The notes beneath the pieces are model-generated. The model was not told the DNA's origin and made no database searches. It saw nothing but the letters and a program-made list of their open reading frames with translations. DNA of 57,712 nucleotides, the filler included, from Sphacelaria rigidula (taxonomy: Eukaryota): assembly GCA_964200075.2 (NCBI GenBank). It is 7 parts of 7 records of this genome, joined end to end, with 100 filler letters (N's around TTAATTAATTAA, not from the genome) between each part and the next. Parts side by side here need not be neighbours in the genome. Positions count along the whole stretch, not along the records: positions 24,781 to 32,939 come from CAXNAA020012089.1; positions 33,040 to 41,197 come from CAXNAA020012090.1; 5 more parts are not named here. One strand, written 5' to 3'. A program made the translations under genes and the position numbers. Positions 25,905-36,658 of the stretch are shown piece by piece (positions within the stretch are counted from its first letter, which is position 1; each line of letters opens with the position of its first letter).

Positions 25905-26605
25905 CGTGCTATCGTTCTCCGCGGAACTCTCGGGGCACGGCCGGCACACCTGGTGGAGTTTGTGGCGATTTTGCTCGCATGTCGCATCGTCTCGACTGCG
26001 TGCTTCCTTTTTTTTACCGTCTGTACTGGTACTGCGGCTGCTGCTACTACTTTTACCGCACATGCGATTCTATTTCATCATGAGGCGCTGCATACAACAG
26101 TTTCTAGTACTTGGAATCTGAGTCAGCATCACTCCAAAATCGAATCGGCATCCTGTTCGGGTCGTTTCTCATTGACTCTCTGGACAGAGTTGTGCGACGA
26201 GGTCACGCGCAACGTTCTCAGCTGGTGAGCAGCTACGGCGTCTTCTTCAAACTATACCATCGTTCTCCACTGAACTCGCGGGGCAAGGCTGGCACGCCTC
26301 GAGCGTGTTGTGATCTTGCAGGCATGTCCTATCACCTTGACCGTACAGTACTTCTTTTCTTACTGTCTCTGGACTGTTGCTGCAACTGCTGCTATTACTC
26401 TGCCGTACATGCGGCTTTTTCTTTTTCATCGTCAGGCGCTGAATGAATACAACGGTTAGCACTGTTTTGAATCTGAGTCGGCATCATTCCAAAGTTTAAT
26501 CCGCGTCATCTTGGGATTGTTTTGCATCGAATGCTGAACAGACTTCTGCGAGGTCACGCACAAGGTGTTCAGCTGGTGAGCAGCTACGGCGTTTTCTTCA
26601 AACTA
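25905..26605. repeat. Diverged ~350-bp tandem duplication
   Basis: ATCGTTCTCC..GAACTC at ~25911 and ~26259. GAATCTGAGTC at ~26114 and ~26469. CAGCTGGTGAGCAGCTACGGCG at ~26219 and ~26570. Confidence 0.8.
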
Positions 26606-26942
26606 TGACCTGTGCCATCACGCAACGCACACAACTTTCACCGTTGCTCACGTAACTTGGCTGTCGATCTACTAAGCGTGGCGGCGAAAGCCGCCGAAAC
26701 TCTTGTATACATGAACATATTTTCTCACCCTCGTAACTAGAATGGAAATTCCACTACTTGTTGAAGGGGCATCATATGTACTTGATAAGCAACCACCAGA
26801 TAGAGGGTTCAGTTGTTGTTAGCATGAAGGCTCAAGTGATTATTTCTGAGTTCCATAGACTTAATAAGAAAACCATGTGATTTGAGAGGCTCTAAAAACG
26901 TCAATGCGATATCGATACGCATACATACACCACACAGCACAC

Positions 26943-29900
26943 CTCGATAGCGGCGACGAGAGAGTTTAGCGACTCCCTCTGCAGCCTGCCCGTGGCCTTC
27001 GCCCTCGACGCGATCAAAATATCCAAGTCTTCCCGTGCAGCCATCATGGCGTTTCGCCGAGCTTTTAGATCCAATTGGCGGTCTTCGAATGCCATGCCGT
27101 CTCCGTCTCCCGACTCCTCCATGCCCTTCAGCGCTACTGCCGCCGAGACTGCTGCCTCGTCCGCTGCCTCTAGTTTGATCTGCATAGCTTAGGGTTGGGG
27201 TTGGGGTTATAGGTTAGGGTTAGGGCTAGGGTCAGGGTTAGGGCTAACGTTAGGGCTGGGATTAAGGTTTGGGTTAAGGTTAGGGTACGTGGTGATGGGT
27301 AAGTGCGCGGATACACGTGTGAGCACTCTATGAAAAGTTGCTAGGTTCGTGGCGGTGTTTGCCCTGCCCTTTGCTAATGCTGGGAGGTGTTGACACGAAG
27401 GCTGGAGGAATCTCGCTTGTGGTGGGGACGCTTTGAAAGTGCGTGCTCGCTGTCCCTGATGCGCTTACCACGAAATCGCCGGAAGCATGAGCACACCTTC
27501 TGAGAGTCGCGAACGCAATCCATAATCCAAGTAGCGCACAATACGACACACACTATTCATCGTAAACATGGTCTGGTCGTAACCTTCGAGCATGGTCGAC
27601 AAACTCTCACAAGAGGGACGTCAACTTTCAACGCATTGCTACAGCGGCGATCGCCTTCAGCAGCATGCTCGGCGTTTTGGTAGCACGCTGCATCGCACAG
27701 TCACCGGTAAAATTGAAGGCGTCTGTATCTCTGTTTTTTGTCTCTTGTCTCTCTCACGCATAGTCAGCGCCATACGTTCAACTCACTTCACTCGCGGCGA
27801 TTCTCCTATCCAGCTCCCCCGCCTCTACGGCCGTGTCCAGCAGAGATGACACCGTCTGGGGCAGCAAATGCTTGATTGCGCGTGCGTGCTTCGCGAAGAC
27901 AGGATGCGTCTGCTGGGATCGCCGTCGCGAGGGAGATGAAGGATCCTTCACCTGGTCGCCTTTACCGGCGGCCGTGCGACCACGTGAAGCGGATCCCATG
28001 GCAGCAGCACCGACAGTCCTGGCGGCTGCAACCATGCTACGCCTATTTCGTGAAGAAGGTAAGGGAAAGGGGAGGGCCTTGCCATTTCATCAGCCTACCA
28101 TAGGATTTCAGCACTCCAGGATAGTGGCCTACTTACCCTCCCCGGTACTATCCCTTCCCAATCGCAAGCTTTTATATCACAGGTTGGCGAGAAGGCCGAC
28201 ATAACCGTTTCACCCGCCTTCTCTGGGAAAAGACCCACTCTGTGATGACGTCCCACCCACCCACCCACTCTCCGCTTCGGTGTCACGTGAAAACCACCGG
28301 AGAACCTTCCCGCAAGAATGGAACTCTCTTAGGATAGTGCACACAACATGGAAAACGACTGAGGCCTACAGTGTTCCGGAGGGAGGGAGTAAATCAACCT
28401 GTTCTCAAAAATATGCCGGGACCTTTGAGCCCTCACACAGCCCAGCCCCCCCCATCTTATCCTTGAAATGCCCACCTTTTCGATCTCGATGCACCACTTC
28501 GCGCGACGATTGAACCTCTGTTTTGACCTTTCACTTTTGAAACGTTCTTTGCCGTCGCTGCCTTGCCCAAGGTTCCGTCGGCGGAAGAGGGTCCGGCTGG
28601 TACGGGCTCCGCCGATTCAACTACTCCGGCTGCCTGGAGATCGTGATCGCAACGGAGAGGGCACGCGTTATACATCTATTGCGCACAGTTCCGAGACCAT
28701 TAAGCGAATAAGAGCAGATGAAGAACGTCCCTTCTGTTACAACTTGACGTACCATTTGCGCCGCGGGCTGTACCGTCGTTCGTCGAGCGGCTGGGCGTCA
28801 AACTGCTTGTTGAAAATACGTTGCTTGCTAAAGTCGAAAACTCGAACGGGTCATATTAAGGAGAAGAGAGAGAAAGGAGAGTTTTCAAATATTCAACGCG
28901 TACCTCTATGTGGGCGACTGTCAGGTACCTAGTGAGGCGTGTATATACAATGCTTCACGTATGTGTGCGGCATTGATTACACAGCTAGATGACTCAGGTG
29001 GATGGGGATTTGTTTTGGATTGAAGAGAGAGACAGTACATGGGTAAAATCTCGCCTTGGGCTCCGCCACACTTGCTGCAACCACCGCCACATGCTCAGAT
29101 TCCGCTTTTTCTCGCTCAGCTGTTGCGGTGTCAGCGAGACGCGTTAGCTCCGCCACGCGGGCATTCCCTTCAGCCAGCTCCATTTGAAATGCTTTGAGGT
29201 CTTCCTCAAGTCTGCGATGTTGTTAATTGGGGTCAGCATTTGCAGTTAAAGTTTTGCGCCCCTCCTCGGAGCAAGATGGTGCAGAATAACAACCCCTAAA
29301 TGATCACAGCCCGCCCCCCCCCCCCTGTCCCCAATTGCCGAGCAGCTTTCAACCGACAATATTGTTTTATCGAGGACAATATCGCGCAATAAGACTGAAG
29401 GCGAGGGTTGGAGGATGTGCGTCGAGTCTACAAGAGTTCTGGCCAGTGGCAGGATAAAAGGTAGGATATGGGTGTTCAGGGTTTGGGGTAGGTCTGGTCG
29501 AATCGAGCAGGAGAGAGTTCGGTGTCGGAAAGCCACATACGGTCGACCCCCTGGGAGCGGGTGTCGGTAATTTGTAAACGATGTAGATGACCGAGCCCCC
29601 GGAAGTGCTTGTATTCGACGACAGAAGCGGAGAAAATGCGGTCTTCTTAGCGACCATGGAAGGCGAAGCAGCTCACCCACCTTAAGGTTTGAATTATGCA
29701 CGCATTGCTGGATGCTATCACGGTTGATAAATCGTGTCGTTCGAGGCATCGAAGATGGTCTGAATGCGTGCTCCAAAAAACCAACAATATGCAATACCCA
29801 GCAACATCTCAAAGTCAAGTGTGGCTGTTGACCAAGTTTATTTCATTTTCAGGATGTCACCTTTGTTTCACGTAGGCGTCATCCTCAGCTAGGCGGCAGG

Positions 29901-29979
29901 CCTCCTCCGCTGCCTCAATTTTGACCTCCAGCTCCCCACGAGCTCTCTCTTGCTGCCCCACCTCTTCATGGACATTTTC
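26943..29979 (-). CDS. Coiled-coil protein of unknown function (internal exons)
   Basis: Phase-compatible exons 29979-29861, 29211-29055 (GC donor), 28633-28528, 28222-28137, 27855-27787 and 27179-26943. E/A/R/L-rich heptad-like translation, e.g. LEEDLKAFQMELAEGNARVAEL. Confidence 0.7.
27189..27285 (+). repeat. Degenerate interstitial telomere-like (TTAGGG)n tract
   Basis: ttagggttggggttggggttataggttagggttagggctagggtcagggttaggg... Confidence 0.85.
29363..29786. mobile_element. Solo LTR in an intron
   Basis: Termini TGTT...AACA with a perfect 4-bp TSD ATAT at 29359-29362 and 29787-29790. Length 424 bp. Confidence 0.6.
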
Positions 29980-30179
29980 CTGTGCCATTTTGCGAGTGGT
30001 TCAGGTAAGTACCTGAGGTCTCACGATGAATTGCTGCTTACATTTCTACATCCTATTCCTCACGCGCATGAAATGAAGTGCAGTTGCAGGGTTGTTCTTG
30101 ATTATGTGAGCAGCATTTACAAAACGGTCGTGCACTATCGTGCAGCCTCCATTGGGGATATGAATATTCTAGCGAAATG

Positions 30180-31713
30180 ATTTCCATCTAGAATGTCAAG
30201 TCCATCCGGGATGTGCATGTGGGATATCGAATCCATTTACTATATCCGTCTGCAATGTCAAATTCATGTGGGATATCCATTTCTAATATTTATCTGGGGT
30301 ATCCAAGTACATGTGGGATGTTCACCAGGGATATCTAATCGGGACGTCCATATGGGATATCCATGTGGGATACCTACGTTCGCGGGGGATACTTGTACTA
30401 TTCCTCTGGGATGTGCACCTAGGACATCCATGAGGGACATTCATATGGGGCACTCCTATGGGATACCCATCCAGCTCATCTATTCGAGATATCCATCCGC
30501 AGCATTCATTTAGGACATCCATCTGGGTCCGGGACATTCATTAAGGATACCAAGCTCAGATACCTAACATTGAGACGGACATCTCCGGATGAACTGATAA
30601 CCCAGGTGTGCCTGACATCCCAGATGGACATACTAGGTAGACATTCGTATCCCAGATGGGGTTTTCCGTATGAGCATCTCAAATATATACATGTATACAT
30701 ATAGATATATCAAATTGGTGTATCAGAGGGATATCCTAGGTGAAATTCCAGATGGATATCCATATCCTCGATGGGTATCCCAGTTGGATCCGACATCCCA
30801 GGTGGACGATCCAGACAGACATCCCAAATAAAACATCCCAGATAGATGTTCCTAATGAAAATCCTGGATGGACATTCTACATTCCAGATGGATATCCCGG
30901 ATGAATATCCCGGACGGGAAATCCCCGATGGATATCCATATCCTCAATAACGTCCATGTAGGATACGGGACATGGATTCAGATATCCCAGATGAATGTCC
31001 CAGACGGATATCCCAGGTGGAAATCACAGAGGGATGTCCGTATCCCAGATTGATAACTCAGATGCATCCAATATTCCCGACAAACACGCCAGGTAAAAGT
31101 CCCAGACGAAAATTCCAGTTTGACATCCCTGATGGACATTCCATTCCCAGATGGATGTCCCGGACGTACATCCTGACGAAAAATCCCAGATGGACATCCA
31201 TATCCTGGATGGGCGTTCATCAAGGATACGGATGTCCCCTATCCTAGACAGATGTTCATCAAGAATATGGATGCAACATATCCCAGGTGCATGTCCCATG
31301 TCCTAGATGGATGTCGACATTCTCGATGGATCTTCATATCCTAGATGAACATCACGAATGATATCCATAGTCCCGGTCGCCCCGGTCGCTCAGTTGGTAA
31401 CGTTGAAACCTCCTGACGCTTGGGTCGTGGGTTGGAATCTCGGAGCGATCTGGGATTTTTTCTCATGCCCAACAGTGGAGAGCGACTATGTCGTGGGTAC
31501 AAAAAATTCGACTTCACGGTCGACGGGGGAAAGGGACTACTGAGCTCCTATTGCTATGAAAATAAAGGCAAGCACCGCAGAAGAAAGGTGGGGAACTAAA
31601 ACAAACACAAGAAGAAGGAAACTTCTGTGTTGGCCTTCCTCCTGTGTGACCCCGGCTGGTGCGCCCACATATACCGTAAGGTGTAGACCAAAGTCCAGAA
31701 TAGATGGGACGGC

Positions 31714-31746
<33 letters not shown>

Positions 31747-31870
31747 CCTGGGTGGGTTTCTCATATGGGCATTGATATCCCAAATGGATGTCCCAGGTGG
31801 ATATGATATCCCACGTAGAGGTTGCACGATAATTCAAGCACGCATGTCCAGATGTACGCACACCCTCCAC
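30180..31870. repeat. Degenerate GGATATCC-core satellite with an orientation switch, interrupted by a SINE
   Basis: GGATATCCATCTGG-type units at ~30180-30540 and the reverse form CCAGATGGATATCC at ~30600-31365 and ~31775-31860. Confidence 0.75.
31376..31744 (+). mobile_element. SINE family A, full-length, tRNA-derived
   Basis: A-box GGTCGCTCAGTTGGT, B-box-like GGGTTGGAATCTC, conserved body, and tail CCAGAATAGATGGGACGGCA(AC)n. Confidence 0.88.
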
Positions 31871-32420
31871 TACGACATGTAGAGCTTCCTGAAGCTGACG
31901 GCATATTCCGATCTAAGTCCAAGTAGACGGTTGATATTTTCATCGCTTTAAAACACAAGCCAGTCCTAGGGGGCACGTTTTCCGTGTGCCGACTCTCTAT
32001 GTCGGTGCACCAATTCTTGTCGATGGACAGGGTGGCTCTCCATGATGCAGTCTCCAACTCCTGCATACCACACCATTGTTGTGTCCCGATTTCCAAATCG
32101 TGCAGACGCCTCTCCTACATGTTTACCTCAGCAATGATGGGTTCAATAAAAAAGTGAACAAGATGCATTGTAACGCAAGTCGAGAATAAGCTGGTTCATT
32201 TCAGCGCACTCAGAGCGTAACTGTAATATCTTCTGTCAGGGAAACACAGCAGTGTTCAGATAAGTGTTTTCGTAAAAGCAGGCGGTGAGGAGATGCATCC
32301 TGATGCCGGAAGTTCAGAGAGTACAGTGTATGTTGGCCTCTGTTTGATAATTGAATATTTAACAAAGGTGAAGTACGCGTTACGTAATCAAATTGATGGA
32401 CTATAGTCTTCAGAATCACC

Positions 32421-32753
32421 GCGCCCCGGTGGTGTAGTGGTTCAACTGTCGCCATCAAGGGGGAGAGAACGAGGGTTCGATTCCCGATGCGTTGGCTTTT
32501 TTCTTCGTAATGTCTGATTTCCACCGTGGAAAGCGTGAGAACGTGAGTGAACGAAGTGGTCGACTGAGTTCGTTTGAAGTGAGTGGACGCGGTGCGGGAG
32601 TGGTAACCCACTCCGCGAGGCCAAAATGTACAGAGTGTGTACCGGGGGAGAGATGGACTGATCCGTTGAGACCGCGGAATCGTCCCGAAGAAGGGGAGGG
32701 GTCCAAAGTGCGACAAAGAAAATAAATAGATAAATGAAGAATAAGAATAAATA
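32421..32753 (+). mobile_element. SINE family B, tRNA-derived
   Basis: A-box TGGTGTAGTGG, B-box GGGTTCGATTCCC, a body unrelated to family A, and an (AAAT)-like A-rich tail. Confidence 0.7.
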
Positions 32754-32939
32754 CCCATTTTGGTGAATATTCGTCTGATTGCACATGTGAATATCCGTAG
32801 TGCAGTACCATGCAAGTATTCGCTCAGATTCGGGTTCTGCCTAGAACGCTAGATAATCAGCGAAAACCTACGAGCTGAGCCAGCTTAAAAGCTGCTAAAA
32901 GTTGCTCACACCACAGCTTCCCCAGTTTCCCCAATGAAC

Positions 32940-33039
32940 NNNNNNNNNNNNNNNNNNNNNNNNNNNNNNNNNNNNNNNNNNNNTTAATTAATTAANNNNN
33001 NNNNNNNNNNNNNNNNNNNNNNNNNNNNNNNNNNNNNNN
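32940..33039. other. Artificial contig linker
   Basis: N44-TTAATTAATTAA-N44. Confidence 0.97.
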
Positions 33040-33822
33040 ATTGTGCGGAGTTGAGGTTCTCCCACGCTGCACAACATGATCAAGCTCGACTACCATCATG
33101 GTTACCGCAAAACAAAAGGCAAGCGCCCAGAACAAAATCGGTAACCTGGTTGGCTAGCTGACGCAGTGAGTGGCGTGTTTTACAGCGTCATCGCCAACCA
33201 ATGACGACCCCATCGAGGGCCAGCCCCTACAAAGCCGGGACAGAGCACGCCCGGTTCTCGCCGGACCAGGGGGGGCTGGTCATCTAATCACAGCGCAAAG
33301 GGGGTGGTCATGATAAAGGGGATCTGCCCAGTTCCGACCTGTAAAATCGAGGCACCGTGACCGAAACGGTACATATGCGGGACAGCTGTAAGTTATGAGG
33401 ACACCAAAAAGCCTGGACGGATGCATGCCTCTGTTCACCAAATATGCAATTACACGTCCCGTGCCCGCACGCATACTATTTACACAAGTTTCGTTTACTG
33501 AGTGTTTTTTTTTAGCCTTGAATACCTTGGGTACCTCCATCTTGCATCTTGAGGATAATGACCACGGCAAAGCTGGATAATGACCTTCGGGGATCAGTTC
33601 ATGTGAAACAATTAATCAACCAATCGAACCATCGAAGACGCACGCAGCGGCAGACAATCATGCATGTAGCAGGCAGCAGCACCTTCGAAGCTCGGCACTT
33701 CTGCATGCAGCGTAACTAAACATGGCCGTAGAAACAGTGTCGGCTTTAATTTCATAGCTGCTGACAACCCACACAACGTGTGCATATACAGCACCTCCAT
33801 TACTGCTACATGACGGTATGCC

Positions 33823-33914
33823 TTGTTGGCTTTCCTCCTGTGTGACCCCGGCTGATGCGCCCGAATATACCGAAATGTGTGCACTGGCGTCGAAAATAGA
33901 TGGGATGGCAACAT

Positions 33915-33945
<31 letters not shown>

Positions 33946-33969
33946 CACACACACACACACACACACACG
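33823..33969 (+). mobile_element. SINE family A, 5'-truncated
   Basis: CCTCCTGTGTGACCCCGGCTGATGCGCCC...AATAGATGGGATGGC with a (CAA)n(CA)n tail. Confidence 0.85.
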
Positions 33970-35402
33970 CTTGACTGTTCGTGTTAGCTGTTGCCCAGCG
34001 ACTAGCGCGACAGGGGTACCATGCGCACCGTCAAAGACACAAACCACGCCACGCAACATGTGGACTTTCGTTATGGGGAAGAATTAGGGTCATAACGACC
34101 AAAACCACATATGCAGGAAAACAAAAAAAAACACGCGGAGGAATAATGAACACGTCATTAGCTGTTCCGAGCTGTTCCGAGCTGTTCCGAGCTGTTCCGA
34201 GTAGGACGCACGCTTCGTCCCTAATTAACTTGGTTCTAGTTTACAACATTTGTAGCACTTTCGTCGCGTTTTTCTCGGCACAGGAAGCAAGCCAGCCTGT
34301 GGCACGTTACAGCTCCCCGCACACGCACAACGGATAGGGAATAATGGAATAGATTTCTTCCGATCACCATAGCAGACCCAAAAAGCCCCCAAAATAACAC
34401 AAACAGCCTTATTGAGTACATTTTGGTTCGAAGCAGCGTTTGTGTGAAGCGTCAAGGAACTCTATTTTATGGCTCCCTAGTTTGGGTGTGTGGAAAGCGC
34501 ACGCAAGAAACCGCAGTCCTATCCTTTGCTTGGTTGCCAAGAAATCCGCGTTGATTGATTGACACTCTCGGGTTTGGGACCAGCAGCACATTGGCGGTAC
34601 TAGCATTATAGTATGTCATGGAAACGTTTCCTGCTGCTGCTGTGGTGTGTAGCGGCCAGCACTACTTACTGCTGCTGCTCGTATTTTTGTCTCGTGTGAT
34701 GTTGACGAGGGCGGTGAACGTCGTGTGGTAGCTCGCGGGCGTATGCTTTTCGAGTGCTACAGCAATAAACAGCAGCAATACCCTAGTGCAACAGCAAGGG
34801 CACAGCAACAAGAGGAGCAGCAGCAGCAGCAGCTTCTATCCTTCTGTCGTTGTGCCCCTCTAAAAACATGTACCGCAACGTCAGGAACAGGCTTGTTTTA
34901 GAAATGTACCATTTTTATAGGACATTTTATACGGGCCAGGTCGTTATTTTGAGGTAACGCGTGTACTTGTGATTGATGCTGATTGGCTCGTTTAGGCTTC
35001 ATTCCTTCTCTAGACAGGCGTCGATGCACACTTTCCCAAAGTATAGTGCCCAAAATCGGCGATCACTCCCCCCCATAACTGACGCAATATAGGGCCGCGT
35101 GGTGGCGAATTGTCTACTGCTGTTGGAAGCATAATGCTCCTCTCGCTTCACTTTTCCTCGATGAAACGAACAAGTCTGTTTCTTCCGCTCTTTGATTCCG
35201 TGCTTAACCACTACACTCCAAGGCTCAATATCCAGTTAAGTCGCCTCAAACATTCGATTTCGATAAAATAAAAAGAGGTGGGAGTCACGACGACTCGACA
35301 GCGGTTTTCGGTGGCTTCAAATGAAAAAAATGGGGGAGGGATACAGTACACGCTGCAGCGAACAAGAGCACCCAATATTGCCTTTACACTTTTAGCCTAA
35401 AC

Positions 35403-35614
35403 AAATTTGACTTCACGGTCGACGAGGGAAAGGGACTGCTGAACCCTTCTCGCGATAAAAATATAAAAGGCAAGCACCGCAGGAGGAAGGTGCAGTACCA
35501 TAAAAAAAAAACTCCCCTGTTGCCCTTCCTCCTGTGTGACCCCGGCTGGTGCGCCCACATATTATACCGGAGAGTGCAGCCCGGCATCCAGAATAGATGG
35601 GACGACAACACACA
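35403..35614 (+). mobile_element. SINE family A, 5'-truncated
   Basis: GACTTCACGGTCGAC...AATAGATGGGACGACAACACAC. Confidence 0.85.
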
Positions 35615-35914
35615 CTAAATGTCTTTGAAAGTTGCGCTATACAGGAATCTGATCCTCACCCTTACCCTTGCGCGCGCGAAGGAGTATGGTATCGGCACTT
35701 GTTTGCTCATAGCACATTCCCAGGAGCTGGTCCAGTGGATCGACTATATCGAGTGTTTCCTCCTTCAAGTGTAGCACATATTTGAAGTGGAAAGATTTGC
35801 CGGAGGTGTCGGGTCAAACGCATTTGCCATGGGACTGTAGCAGGATTTCGGAAAATCCGCCTGGCAACATTTTCGGCTGTTCGTGCTATGGACTCCCCAG
35901 CAATAGGTAGTCAC

Positions 35915-36546
35915 CTGCAAATAGAAGGCGAGATTGGAGATGAAAAACGCCATGCGTGCCCTTAGCATCCAGAGCGGCCCAAGCCAAGAGTTCTCCTTGT
36001 TCGGCAGACATCTAACCGGCAACCCACGTCGAATGGCAAACGAGTCGGAAACAGCATCAAGAGTGGAGAATGGTCACACCTCCACACATACCATCCACAT
36101 CGCGATACGCTTATGCTATTATTTCTTGGCAAGACACACGAACCCCACATACAGTACAAAACAGAGATGTAACATGATATACTGCAGGCAATTAGATACT
36201 GTTACTCGGCAGATGAGGCTGTACAGTAACTATGGCATTTGGTTCAACATGAGGACCCTGCTGGACGTGGTGGGGATGTCGCGCTGCCGTACTGTTACTC
36301 TTCGTACACCACCATCGCTCAAACCACATCAAGTATACTGTTGACGTCAACACACAACCTACGTTTACTGTTGCAATACTATTTAACGAGCAGCGAGCGA
36401 CCCACCGGTAGCGGCTCTGCATGAGGGTGGGCCAAACCCTCTCCAACTCCATGTTGGCCCGCTTGACCTTAGCGACCACTTGGAACAAGCGGTTGTACGT
36501 CTGCATCGTTTCTTGTGTCAGCACCAGATGCAATGGCCACTCCAAC
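35915..36546 (-). CDS. GCP4: Gamma-tubulin complex component, GCP4-like (two internal exons of the GRIP2 region)
   Basis: Exons 36546-36406 (LEWPLHLVLTQETMQTYNRLFQVVAKVKRANMELERVW) and 36011-35915 (LWMLRARMAFFISNLAFYLQ) join in phase 2. They match the GCP-family WPL..Y..LF..KR....L...W and LR..M.F...NL..YLQ motifs. The GCP4 paralog assignment is from recalled similarity. Confidence 0.8.
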
Positions 36547-36624
36547 CTACCATTGTACCGCACAGGGAGGGGAGCAGTCTAGCGTTTCCGGTGGGAGCCT
36601 TAAGCTGTTAGAACAACCAAGCAT

Positions 36625-36658
<34 letters not shown>

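Noticed and set aside
27952..28036. Extra exon of the coiled-coil gene (MVAAARTVG...GDQ)
   Set aside because: Its acceptor phase is incompatible with the upstream exon as modelled. Left out pending RNA-seq.
31376..31445. SINE heads as functional tRNA genes (also 32421, 38692 and ~6600)
   Set aside because: Acceptor and anticodon stems do not pair, and they continue into repeat bodies.
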